DNA of 62,468 bases, filler included, from Dirinaria sp. TL-2023a (Eukaryota), in NCBI GenBank assembly GCA_051941275.1. It is 8 parts of 8 records of this genome, joined end to end, with 100 filler letters (N's around TTAATTAATTAA, not from the genome) between each part and the next. Parts side by side here need not be neighbours in the genome. Positions count along the whole stretch, not along the records: positions 46,996 to 54,683 come from JAVEBF010001280.1; positions 54,784 to 62,468 come from JAVEBF010001281.1; 6 more parts are not named here. One strand, given 5' to 3'. The translations under genes were made by a program, and so were the position numbers. Positions 50,741 through 62,468 of the stretch are shown here, one piece after another. Every line of letters begins with the position of its first letter. The first letter of the stretch is position 1. Below the pieces are notes generated by a model. The model saw only the letters and a list, made by a program, of their open reading frames with translations. It had not been told where the DNA came from and did not search any database.

Positions 50741-53700
50741 TCATCGGTTAGCTTTTTCGTCCAAGGCCATATTATCGAGCGCTGAAGCTGAAATTGCTTC
50801 ATTCTCAGCCTTTGCCATTATTTCTGCATCAGCACATCTTTCACAAGACGAAGGATCGCAGACCCAGTTTAGAAGCCTCAGCGTCTCCTGATCATTAAAT
50901 AGTGTGGCCCAGTACCGAGCCTTCCAATCATTTGGGCCAGCCCGGTGAATGTCGGCTCCGTGGTGTAAGAGAATCTTCACGATACCATGACATTTGAAAA
51001 AGCATGCCCAATACAAGGAGGTTCGTCCTCCCATGTCGGCCTCGTTGATATTGATCCATTTCTCGACAAGCAGCTTGAAAACTGTTTCATGTCCTTTGAG
51101 AACTGCTTGATATGGTGCAGAAACCTTAGGCTGATACGATTGATGATTGAACTCCGGAGGACTAACTGTCCACCCGAACGAGGTCTTTTCGATGATGGGC
51201 ATCGTGTCGATCAGGAGTTGTATGATGTCCTCATACCCTGAAATCGCCACCCAGTTCATTGCCCAACTTTTTGTTATTTGACTTGCAAAAGAAAGAGCGC
51301 CATTTTGTAGTAGACGCACGACTATGGCGCGATTGGGAATTTCTGACTTTCTTAAAGCATCGAGCGGGCTTCCTAGAGTGCCTTTATATTCGACGTTCGC
51401 GCCACTGTTGATTAGAAACTCTACGATTTCAAGATTTCCAGCAAAACACGCTGCATTGATGGCGCTGCCGAAGAAGCCTCCTCTTTGATTGACATTTGCA
51501 CCGTTATGAACGAGTGTCATGACGACAGCAACGTGGGACCTTAGACGCCGCCTGGAGCGCATTTCCAAAAAGCCCTCCCATTTTGTTGGCTTCCACATCT
51601 TTTCTGAGCAAGTACAGGACGATTCCGTCGTTAAGTCCGAGACACGCTGCATAGTAAAGTGCCGAAGGTGATTCAGAAGATAAAATATCCTTTTTGTAAT
51701 CTCTGACCTCTCTGGTCAAGCCACACCATTCGGGTTTGGAGTAAGAAGCCCACAAGTCTGGGTGTCCAAGAATATCGACAATCATCTGCATTGTACCTTC
51801 TGTCATGTGTTCACCGCACTCTTTGGCATGAAAACCCCGGGCACTGGCAGCGTATTGGAAGAGCGGGCTTTCGAAATGTTTTCCTCCATTCGACTGATCG
51901 TGTGGGCCCCATATTTCAGGAGGCGGATCACGCGGGCCCCAGTGTTTCATATAGTGTAAGCAATTGTGGACTATTTGCTCGTGCGCTACAGTATGTAGTA
52001 TTGCAAAGCATGCTGCTGGCCCCTCTGATGCTCGTTTCGAGGTCAGATATTCCTTTACCGAATAGTGAGCGAGATGAACTTCTAGCACCGACCCAACATT
52101 GCCGCTTTGCCACGTCGTTGCGACGAGGCTTGATAAGGTGGTAAGAGGGGTCACTGAATCAAAAAATCTATGACTCGGGCTAAAAGCCGGCTCTGCGGAG
52201 TCATGGATGACCATTGCTTCTGCAAGCTCCCTCAATGAAAGAGGTCGCTTGGAAAAAAGTAGCCACATAAGTGCCGAAAGTGCTTCCTTATGATATGCTT
52301 CGTCAATGCTCAACAGCATCCGATCGTAAGTCTCGTCCAGAGTCCGAGGTAAGGTATGGAGAGTCTGCTTGACTGTACTTGCTCTCAAGCATTTTCTTAA
52401 TGATTCCAGCTGGCAAGACGCCCACCTGAACCTGCCAAGCCTCGCATCAAAACTTCATTTTCAGTCATTGAAGATACACTTACATGCCGTGCGCACCACT
52501 AGTCAGTTTTTGTTCGACCTGATCTTTTACCTCTTGGGGCCAATTGCACAATTTGGGGTCGTTGCATAGCTGCGTTCGAACGTGCAAGAGTATGTCATTG
52601 TCAACGTCGCTGTTTTGGATACTTATAGGCCAAGATGTCACAAGCTTCTCTAGATCGACTAGGTCTAGCTCCTTGCGACTTGTCACGAGCATGTGTAAAT
52701 TGGTCATATCGAAGTGTTTGAAAAACTTGAGCATCGACACAAGCTTGGCGCGTTCGTTGTTGCTAGACGGACATTCGTCAAGGGCATCTAATATAATGTA
52801 AACCTGTTTACATTTAGAAATCATAGCTTCCAATGCTTTAAGCAAACCCTCTCTGGAAGGTTGCTCGTGCTCATGACCCTCATATATACCCAAGACAGCG
52901 TCAGGCACAACAGAATGCTGACGCAGAATCTGAAGCACTAATGACCGGAGCATTGAACTTGTCTTCTGCCTTGCCGCATCCTTGAAGCTGAAATAGTAGT
53001 ATGCGAGATAGTGAAAGTCTCGATGCGAACAAAATTTTGCCGTTTCTTCAACTATTGTTGAGCTGGGACCTGTCAGTCGTGAAGGAAAGTGTAAGCGGTG
53101 CCATACCACAAGACTGTCTTCCCACACCCCGGAATTCCATGAAGCCAGTAGAATGGTCCAGGATTATCTCTCCAAGACCTATAACTATCGCTGCGGATGA
53201 ACCAGTTGCCTGTATCTGGCTCGCGCTGCTGACATGCCCATTTGTGGTAATCTGCTACATGGTCTGAGGTAGAAATCCATTTCTGTACTTTTTCTCTTCG
53301 ACCCCCTAGGGCATGATAGAGCAATTTAGTATGTACGATCAATAGCGTGAATTTTCAGCGGATCTCACCCGTATTAAGGTCTTTTGTGAGAAGAGCAGCG
53401 CTTGAGACAATGTCTCCGATCTCGTTGAAAGCAAGTCTTGTCTCATCCAGCGCGGAAACGACGTTTGCATGACTAGACAAGCCCATCTGCACGCTTTGGT
53501 GGTTGGCTTCCGAGACGTCTCTAGGGAAGTGTGAGTCTTGTATTCAAAATGGGAAAGCACGCATTGACGTACAATTTAAGAACACGTAGGGAAAGGCCTA
53601 GATGGCCCATAAGTTCCAAAGAAACGATCTCCCTCAATTTGGTGATAGTACTCTCTCTGAAAGGGTATTGCAACTGGATTGGAAGCCTGCGCACGGTAGT

Positions 53701-53997
53701 ATCTGTCATTGCTTTACGAGATTTCTCCATCTTCTTTGCCAGTCAATCCAGACCCACTTTGCAGGATTCAAGGTTTTCAAATATCGTTGCAGCTACGTGG
53801 TGATGACCAGATGGTTGTACAATTCTCTTAACCTCATTGAGCGTTCTTTGGAGCCTTTCAATCGCCCCGCATAGATCTCTGACATCTCGCCGAGAATCTT
53901 CCACAGAGTGGTAGAAGTTTAAAATCGTCTTGCACAATGTAATTCCGAAAGATGTGATGTCAATAATAGAGGCAGTGACGGATAGAGGGTCTGCCAT
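50741..53997 (-). pseudogene. Fungal NLR (HeLo-like - NACHT - winged helix - ankyrin) with a premature stop and a frameshift
   Basis: MADPLSVTASII N-terminus, Walker A WLHGIPGCGKTVLC/STIV, Walker B YIILDALDEC, GMFRWASCQL, LPRTLDETY, AHYSVKEYL and ankyrin repeats. In-frame TGA at 53743-53745 and frameshift near 51535-51540. Confidence 0.8.
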
Positions 53998-54646
53998 CCT
54001 GCTGATCTGACTCTATGTGATTTTGAAAGTGAGTATTGCGAATATGAAATAACATTGCTCAAGTCTTATCTACAAGCTCAGCCTGATCACGTGTGGGCGA
54101 GGTTTCTTGATCTAGCGGCACTAGGATCGCTGCAAGGCAAACAACATAACTGAACCGTTGCAGTAATCGGTGAATACTGGTGATGATTATCATTGCTGAT
54201 CAATACAGTAATGCATCTCGGTGGAAATTGACATTTTTGATGACACTGAGGATAGAATTGCCAGGAGGATTTGGCCCCTTAAAATACACATGACCATGCC
54301 AAGGCGCTAGTTATAAGCGACGTTTCCGACACATCTCCATCGACTAAGGTAATTCAATATGAGAATTGAGATGAATGCTGATGGACAATACTGACGATAA
54401 AAGACACCATTTAGCCGAGAGTTACAGAACCCTTCCACGACAATGGAGAATATTCAAGATTCTCAAGTCCAGCAACCGACTTCATCAAACATAAGATAGA
54501 ATGTTTAAAGTCCCTTATCATGGAAAAAAAAGTCCCAAATGAAAACCTCTTGTTCATCCGATACTAAAATCGCAAAGTCACCTTCTACAGAGAGAGAAAA
54601 TTAAAGTCCATACTTTCTATTTCTCTAAACGTTTTCGTACCGCCCA

Positions 54647-54683
<37 letters not shown>

Positions 54684-54783
54684 NNNNNNNNNNNNNNNNN
54701 NNNNNNNNNNNNNNNNNNNNNNNNNNNTTAATTAATTAANNNNNNNNNNNNNNNNNNNNNNNNNNNNNNNNNNNNNNNNNNNN
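54684..54783. other. Artificial contig spacer
   Basis: N44-TTAATTAATTAA-N44. Confidence 0.98.
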
Positions 54784-54979
54784 ATCTACATCTACCCATA
54801 GGTGACTTCCGCGGCCCCCGCTCCCCCCCCAATAACATAGGGGAAGTGGTAATTTGCCTCACCGGGGCCGCTCCCCTCCCTTCCCCCTTTTCCGCGCCTC
54901 CTTTTTGCCGCCTCACCGGGCTCACCGTAAAAAAAAAATCCAGTCAAGTGGGCCCCCTCCACCTCACCACACTGCCGAC

Positions 54980-55803
54980 TTATCGGCTCCTACCTGCACT
55001 AGGGTGCACTTTGCGGATGTGCTCTTTGCGGTGATCTTCCCTGGTGAAACCCCTCGCGCCCATTCTCCCGCAGAAGCCGCCCCGCGCGTAGGGACAATCG
55101 AGTCGCTCGACGCTCTCCGGGTAATGCGTTTTCACGTGGCGCTCGAGGTCGTAGGAGCGCGCGGCGGTGTAGTCGCAGCCTGGATAGAGGCATGTGTAGC
55201 GGGCGCCAGAAGAGGGTGGTGAGGGTCTGGCGTTGTTGTTAGTTGAGGTTGATACAGAATTAGGCAAAGAGGGCGCGGGGTGGAGAGAGATTGTCAAATA
55301 AGGAAGCGGTGTTCTTGGATGGGATGAGAAAGTGGACAAAGACAATCGACAAGCTCAGAAATGGGCAAGTCAAGCAGGGCAAAAGGCCAAGAATTGAAGG
55401 GTTCAAGGACCACAGGCGCTTACTTTTGGCTGTTGCTGGATCTTCCATCACCACTGTGGGATTGAATCGAGGGACGCGAGCTGGCGTGCTCTCGTCCAGT
55501 ATATTGACGGCTACGCAGTGGAGAATGATCATGTGGTAGTGACACCGGTGAGTCCTCGTGTGATGTCCAATATGAGGGTTGTGAATGATAAGCTCTTGTG
55601 GAGTTGGAAGAGCCATTGCGCGACTTGGATCTGTCGTTGATCATAGGAAGGGCAGCATTGCTCAATCCATTTGTGTAGGTTGGATGCAGTGTGTTGGCGT
55701 ATTCTCGTGCGTAGAGCTGTGACTGTCCAGTAAGCCACGCGGCCAGTAGTAAACGCAAATACGGTTCGCTCACAAGGTTGTGATAACGTCCAGAAGAACC
55801 CAT
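54980..55803 (-). CDS. C2H2 zinc-finger protein (intron 55423-55227; start uncertain)
   Basis: YTCLYPGCDYTAARSYDLERHVKTH and CPYARGGFCGRMGARGFTREDHRKEHIRKVH, spliced in frame to an upstream Ser/His-rich exon. Confidence 0.7.
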
Positions 55804-57843
55804 TGTGACTGAGGCCGTGGAGTTGGCTCGGTGCGGACGAAAGACCAAAGAAACCAGGTGCGATGAGCTAAATGATAGATTATGTTGCGAAATTGATCAC
55901 CATAAGCGTACATGAAGTCTAAGTATATATATTGACAAGTGCGAAGCATGGGAAGGAGAGATGCTGATGTTTGGTCAAGTCTGAAGGCTTGACGCCCGTT
56001 CTTATGGATGGCGATACCAAAGCCTCAACCAGCATTTGCGACATAATTCAAAGCAGTGCGAATTCTTGACCGGCTTTGCAGGCAAACAAGGAAACCACAA
56101 CGTGGTCAGGTGTTGGCATGGTGCAGTGCAAAAAAACGCTCGGCGAATGCAGCGGCGGCTGAAGCCTCAATGATCACACGGAATTGAGGGCGAGGGCCTT
56201 TGTTACTGCGGTGAACAACTTATCAACACGAAGGGACGGCCATCAAGGGCCCACCGGATCATTCGAAGGGGCTGACATACGGTCGCGGTCGAACCCGGTA
56301 GACGGATTGTAAAATTTTGTCACTAGTGCCGAGAGCTTCCAGTTGGACATAGCCCTGATACAACATGTGATGAAATTGATTCGCCGCCTCGAACGGCACG
56401 AACCGTGAAATCCTGAGCTGTTTGTGGTTGACTTCAGGTGCCCTTTCTCCACACCGGCAAGTGTCAGCATGGGAACATGATTATTGCAGGCGCTAGAAGC
56501 ATTTTTCCCCAATCATCCAGATTCTTCAGATCTTGATCCTGTCAAGATTGGCTTAGACAGCTGCGGACCGAATGAGAAGGATTGTGATTGGCAACTTTAG
56601 GTTGCGGGTGGCTGTGGTACAGTCCACGCAATCCATCAGAGGATCAATACAGCCATGCGATCAAGACTAAAAGCACATGGAGCACGAGCCTTATGTTCCT
56701 GCTCGAGGGAGCGTCTGAGAGAATGATTCTCGCTGACGCTATATGCTCGGTAACGAGAGCTGCGCCATGCGCTAACGATCAGGCTGATGAGAGCCTGGAG
56801 TGCAGCCTGGGTACTCAGCATTCGATGGAGCAATCTGATTAGCCTGACTGACAACATGTCTCTTACGCCCGAGTGCCGTTCCACATCCAAATTGGTCAAA
56901 GCTTTGCTCGACAATCTATGACAGAAGAAACGGGCTCGTTGATAGGGCTGGGGAAAGCCAGTAAGGCTTTGGCCACGCCGAGTGACAAAGTGCTTCTCAC
57001 GCTATCATCCCCGCCCTGATCCGCCGTGGCACGCGATATTCAGGAGAAGGGAGGATGCTGCCCTTTCTCAAGGTCTCATCGTCGTCTTCAAGCTTCAGGC
57101 GGCGGGTCGGGTATGTCTTCGGAGGCCGAGCTTGACGCAAAGAACCCGAAGCGAACAGAGACGGACGTGGTGGCTTATCGCTGCTTCTTCACGAGGTTGG
57201 TGCTGAAGATTCAATCACTCGTCTTAAGTGATGGATAACAGGGCAATGAGGTGGCCAGGTAATGCTATAGGAGTGAGGGAGGGGGCCGGGGGCCATGGGC
57301 CGGGTGCCGGGAGGCGAGGGCGATTGTGCCTGGTATGCCAAGGCTTTTAGCGCAGTTGCCCTCTTTTGCCTGACTCGCATCGAGGATTGCCCGGATCGCA
57401 CGAGCACGAGGCTGCAGTCAACTAAAACCCAGACCGAGGGAAACTAAAGCGAGCATCCGGATTGTCCAAAAGGGTCGGGGAGGGACATGGCGGAATGGCG
57501 GGCCCGCGGCGCAATGTCAAAACGAATAGCACGAGGCGATCCCCTGATGAATACTGCAAGAAGCTCGTAAAGCATAGTATCCTCTCCTGCTGCCTTGCAA
57601 TCCGGGTAGTGATTCGGATTCGACTTTGGCGCTGGATCCTCCTCAAGCCAGCGAAGCTGGAGTGAATGAAGCCTTGAAAATCTCGACAGGGCGGTGCCAA
57701 CCTGTTATTGCTTCCTCGTTTGCCAAATAAGGTATGAAGCGCGAGAAATAGTCCAGAAGTACAATATTAAGCTAGGTACGAACTTTCATAGCTAGGACTA
57801 AGAAATAGCCAAGGATCACAGTGATACCTAATGGTATTACCGC

Positions 57844-57877
<34 letters not shown>

Positions 57878-58372
57878 GGAAAAACAAAAAGAAATCGCTG
57901 CTTAACAAAGTGAGGTAAGCTAAGGCATGACGACTAGCAGAATGTTCCGCCGATGAAACTGAAAGCAGAAACTTAAGGTAATCGAGATTTGAGCCCATAC
58001 CCTTGACTTACATTCCGTCCCATCGGCCACCTTCCGGCTCGCTCATATCTCCTCGGCTTGGCTCACAGCACACATGCAACAGATTTTATAACAATATCCA
58101 CGTCCCTGACGGTGCACGTGGCTTCCCCGTTCCATGCGCTGACCATCGACTCACTTCTGGTCTGGCCAAACAAGTCCTGAAAGTCACACACACCGTGGCA
58201 CAATAAGATCACAGAATGACTGGATGCTGTTAGCTGGGCCGAAGAGACCCAGACTGCTGTTGATGATTGAACGATATCAGTAGCAAGCTTAAGGTACTTG
58301 CCGCATTCATCCTTCCACCTTTCAGCCTGCGATGCCCGCATCAACGAACTGAACTGCCGCCCTGGGTTCGAA

Positions 58373-60547
58373 TCAGAGATCATCCTCAAGGAACTTATAA
58401 GCGAACTTGAAGTCGGCTTTTCGACGATTCATCCTGTCACAAGACAGTTTAGCATTGTTCGAGTAAGAGATTCAAGCGAATGCAGCTGGAAGGTCGCTGG
58501 AAGTTCTCAGCATACCATGTACTCTCATAGTCAAAGAACCGATATGTCCCTTGTTCAAACTCCTCCGTAATAGTCTTTGGCTCCTCGTGCCGCTGAAACC
58601 ATGTTTGGTACTGCTTGTGAAAGCGCCAACTTTGGCTCTTCAACGACTTGGCCGCCATGTACTGCTGATATGTGTTTTGTCGGTAGTAGAATATGTAGAA
58701 GAGTGTATCGGTGTCGATCTTGGAGTACAGAGATGGGTCTTCAATCATCATAAAAGGTTCCTGAGGATAGTATCTTGGTGTATTGTATTTCGTTTGGGGC
58801 CTATAATGCCTTGGCCTCTCTGCATCCGAAAATTCTGGACACGTAGCACGAGAAGCACTGAGGAGTCGCTGTGTCGATGGCGACGCAGTGGTGGTGGCGC
58901 GGCTCTTGGTTGCCTCGAACGACTGAATCAGGTCTTGGAGACCTGGGGGAAGATGGTACACGGACTCATCTTCTGCTTGCTTGACCTGGAGATCACTTGT
59001 GCTTTGTTCAGCCTCGGGAACTTGAGAAGATAATTCTGTTTTCTGTGCGGCTTGTGATTGGGGCAGTGAGGATTTCTGAACCGTGTACTGAGGTTTAGGA
59101 GAGGTTTGTGAAGGGGATTTTGCAACGTCGTCAACAGCAGCAGGCGGCGAACTCGGCGCCACAGCACGCTCTTTTCCAGGCACGCTCGCTACTTTGGGCT
59201 GACTTAGTGTGGGAGATTTTGTAGGTACATGATTATTGTCCACAATATCAGGGCCTGCTGCAGGCTTTGGCGCTGGGGTCTGCCCGACGCTCGTAGGCTG
59301 CGATTGGGCTACACTTGGCGAAGTCGTAGTACTGGTCTTCTGACCTTGAGCTTGAGATCCGGCGCTGAGCCCGGCGCTCGTGCTAGAAGCCTGCGATGCC
59401 ACGGCGCCAGGCGGAGGCGGTAAAGGTGCGATCCCAATGGCAGATTTGTCACTGGCAGCGGCGGCGGCGGCTGCTGACGCGTATTTCAACGTCTCGCCAG
59501 GTGCCCTTGTTGGTAGAGGAGCTGGTTTCATTGCATTATTGGTGGCGCCGTTAGCGATATTAGCCAGTGGAGTATGTAACGTCGCAAGTGCAGGTAAAGG
59601 CGATTTTGACTGATTTGAAGGTCTTCGAACAGCTGCTCCTGTGGCCTCAGAAACAGAGCCTGACTTCGGCTTGCCTCCACTTATGCTTGAGCCTCGGCCA
59701 TCACTCGTGTCAGGCTGATCGTCTTGTACCGATTGCGTGTCCTGCGAGGAGACTCTATCGACATCATTGGCAATTCCGAAGGCTCCTTCATCTTCTTCAA
59801 GATTCATGTCATCATATAGCGTGTCGTCCTCATTGAAATCCACATCCTGGTTCTGCTCTACGTAGTATTTTATGCCTTCTTCGATTTCCTGGACTTGCTC
59901 AGTCTCGACATTTCCATTCTCCAACGAGCGCAAGAGCAGCTCTAGCTTTGCTTGATGCCATTTATGTCGTTCCACCAACCTTGTGATCTCGCCCAACCGA
60001 TCCGCCTTTCCAGTATCCTTCTTTTTTCTGACTGTCGCATTGATTGCGTCCTCCTCGGCTTCCAAAGTCTCGACTTGTCGGTCCAACTCTTCGACCATGT
60101 TGGCTAGGAATTGTACGGCTTCGGCTTTCTCTTGCTCCTTTGGATCTAGTTTCGCGGCAGCTGAGAGTCCCTCTTTCGAAAAAGCTTTAGTCTTCATTTC
60201 CTTCTCAACAGCCTTAAATTTCTCCATTTGCTACGGTCGAGCGGAAGGTCAGCTCTTTTTCTCAGAAACAGCGGTGATTTCTGGACACGTACGTTCTCGA
60301 TGGCCTTTCTCTGTTCCAGAAGCGGCTTCTTATCCTTGACTTCGTTGCCAGCGGCCCACGTCTTAATCTGATCTCGATGCCGTTGGAGCTTCTTGATCTC
60401 TCTTTTAAGCGCATCCTCAAGCTTCTCTTTCTGTGATGCGTTGTTGGATTGCTGAATCTTATCATATATGTTCTCGAAGGCCTGTATGCCTTCTGCAATC
60501 TTCTTGAAGCATTTATCGATCTCTTGCTGCACCTTTCGTGCTGCCAT
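58373..60547 (-). CDS. not3: CCR4-NOT complex subunit Not3/Not5 (exons 60547-60293, 60230-58516, 58433-58373)
   Basis: [58 protein letters not shown] box [46 protein letters not shown]. Confidence 0.95.
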
Positions 60548-61262
60548 ATTTCATATGGTTCTGAGGTGAAGAGCATAGAAGTAAGGCGTGTCGAATAGGC
60601 AATGATGGGTACCTAGAGCGCAGATTTCCAGATGGTAGGACAAGGAATTGCTGCGCTGCTCATCCGATTTGAAAGGTGAGAATAATATTGTAGGTTTGAG
60701 TTGTACTTGAAGTGAACCCATAAGTACTGTAGGTATGATTACAGCTTTGACACAAATCGCGAAAGTCAAGCGCTTGGCGCTAGCCTAGCGCGTGCACATG
60801 TGGTGCTCGGCACATCCATTATCCCATTTCGGGGTGTGCCTACCTGCGATTAGGTAAGGTAGCGCCAAGTGCAAAGGCGCTCTAATAGTCATGAAGTGAG
60901 GCCGAAGGCTCATGACTTTGTCAAAATCAGGACAGGAAGCGGAGTCCGGAAAGAAACCCCTGACTGGCGTCGTGTCAATGGAGATGAGAGCGCCCGCCTT
61001 TATTTGATCGGATTTCAGAGCCATGACAAGCCAAAATGAGGTGATTGTAGGCTTCCATCACTGAAAGCTGATCGGCAATTGTGATCAGATGAGAAGTGAT
61101 AGGGAACGGCCAGTACTATTTACGCACATATTGGCAAACAGCTAGCAGCCAAGAGATCAAGGGACTCTTCTTCGTACATTTCCTTAGAGGCTAATATATG
61201 TTGCCTTTTGGGTGCCCTGCATATGATTTTCGCGGAGGTTTCATTCTATACTGGCCAGCATT

Positions 61263-62127
61263 ATGAAAGGTGCCCACCTTTGATCGCATGAAAAAGATTT
61301 ACAGTTTGACCTACATATAGCGATTCTACAACGTGTCACATCAGCCTCAGTCACTGTTGACTCAAATCTGGTTTCTTCAATTGGCAAAGGTATCTTGGTC
61401 TTTGCTGCTGTCGACCGCGATGACACCCCAAAAGAGGTTGAGTCCATGGCAGCCAAGGTTCTAAAGATGAAAATGTGGCCGGACGATGGTGGTGGAGCAG
61501 TAAGCGTAACAGCGATCTCCATGGCCAAAGAAGCTGTCTGACGGCTTATTTTAGTGGAGACACAGCGTACAAGACATCAAAGGCGAAGTACTATGTGGTA
61601 GGTTCCCCTAGTGAGAGTACACTAGAACTCCGTCTCACCAGATACAGTATCTCAATTCACACTGTTAGCGTCAACGAAAAAGGGCAACAAGCCAGACTTC
61701 CACGGTGCCGCGGGAAGCGACAAAGCGAAGGAGCTTTATGATCGCTTCTTTGCGAAAGTCCAGGAGCTCTACGACTCTGGTAGAGTGAAAAACGGCGTTT
61801 TCCAGGCCATGATGCAAGTTGGACTGGTGAATGATGGTTAGTATCAATTTGGGTAGTAATCAAACGCTTGACTGACTGACCCCTGTGCAGGCCCGGTAAG
61901 CGTTGACTACCACAGCAATGATGCTGAAGTACTTGACTCACTTTCCTCTCTGTTGTCGATTTTCTACAGGTTACTAAGATAATTCTCTGCAGGTCACTCT
62001 CGAGATCCAGACGAATCCACAAAAGCCTTCCAATACACCAGGAGTTGCCCTGGATCAAAGCAGCCATGGCAATCTTGGAGAGTCTAGGGGTAGTGGTCTA
62101 CCCCTATCGGCGTCCCTAGTAGAATAG
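61263..62127 (+). CDS. dtd1: D-aminoacyl-tRNA deacylase, 6 exons (61263-61269, 61321-61499, 61555-61597, 61648-61836, 61891-61895, 61993-62127); missed by the ORF track
   Basis: Spliced translation [71 protein letters not shown] contains the SQFTL and Gly-Pro motifs. Confidence 0.92.
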
Positions 62128-62468
62128 ACAGTACTCCGAGTTCGAGTACATCCAATATAGGCAAGGTCACTCTGATATCATATGCATGAACCACATATGC
62201 ACAGTAGATCTAGATCCTAAACATTTGATGTGCTGTTGCCTTGATAGCGGAACTCGCATTAGATAGGTACAAAGGTCATGTGACGCACCTACAACCCGGA
62301 ACCACACAAAATTTAACGTACATTTGAGAACTTGCACCATTTGCATCAACTTTTTTGGCCACCACGAAGTATTCTCTACAGTGAAAATTCGTCATTTCAA
62401 ACTTGAAGATATTGGACCGTAAACACTGCAATAATGTCCCCAAAAAAAAGTTGTAGGCGCTATATCTA

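Noticed and set aside
53743..53745. Premature TGA as a target of A-to-I stop-correcting editing or readthrough
   Set aside because: An independent downstream frameshift makes simple pseudogenisation more parsimonious.
997..53997. A single large immunity island (HeLo-G-alpha, CHAT-gasdermin, NLR, deaminase)
   Set aside because: These genes are on different, artificially joined contigs; only within-contig adjacency is valid.
55900..58300. Short ORFs between the C2H2 gene and not3
   Set aside because: No domain signatures or coherent exon chain.

Overview
Eukaryotic DNA from a filamentous ascomycete (short GT-AG introns with CTRAC branch points; fungal-specific gene families). The window is not contiguous. 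It is eight ~7.7-kb contigs sorted by decreasing length (7771, 7758, 7743, 7719, 7703, 7701, 7688, 7685 bp), joined by artificial 100-nt spacers (N44-TTAATTAATTAA-N44), so gene neighbourhood only means something within a contig. Ordinary genes include two Zn2Cys6 transcription factors, a CYP52-like P450, MscL, a Ran1-like kinase, an MFS transporter, an RNR inhibitor, an MBOAT, an SDR, Hus1, a C2H2 protein, Not3/5 and DTD1. The standout is contig 3, which holds only a head-to-head pair: a 1212-aa TPR-like/CHAT caspase-like protease and a 3-exon, 309-aa fungal gasdermin-like gene with an acidic C-terminal tail. This is a candidate protease-activated, pyroptosis-like cell-death module. Also notable are a 679-aa HeLo-like/degenerate G-alpha fusion, a pseudogenised HeLo-like-NACHT-ankyrin NLR next to an OTT_1508-type deaminase, a dead IMP1-like peptidase and a ~370-bp decayed fold-back element. 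All family calls come from motif recognition by eye; no searches were run.
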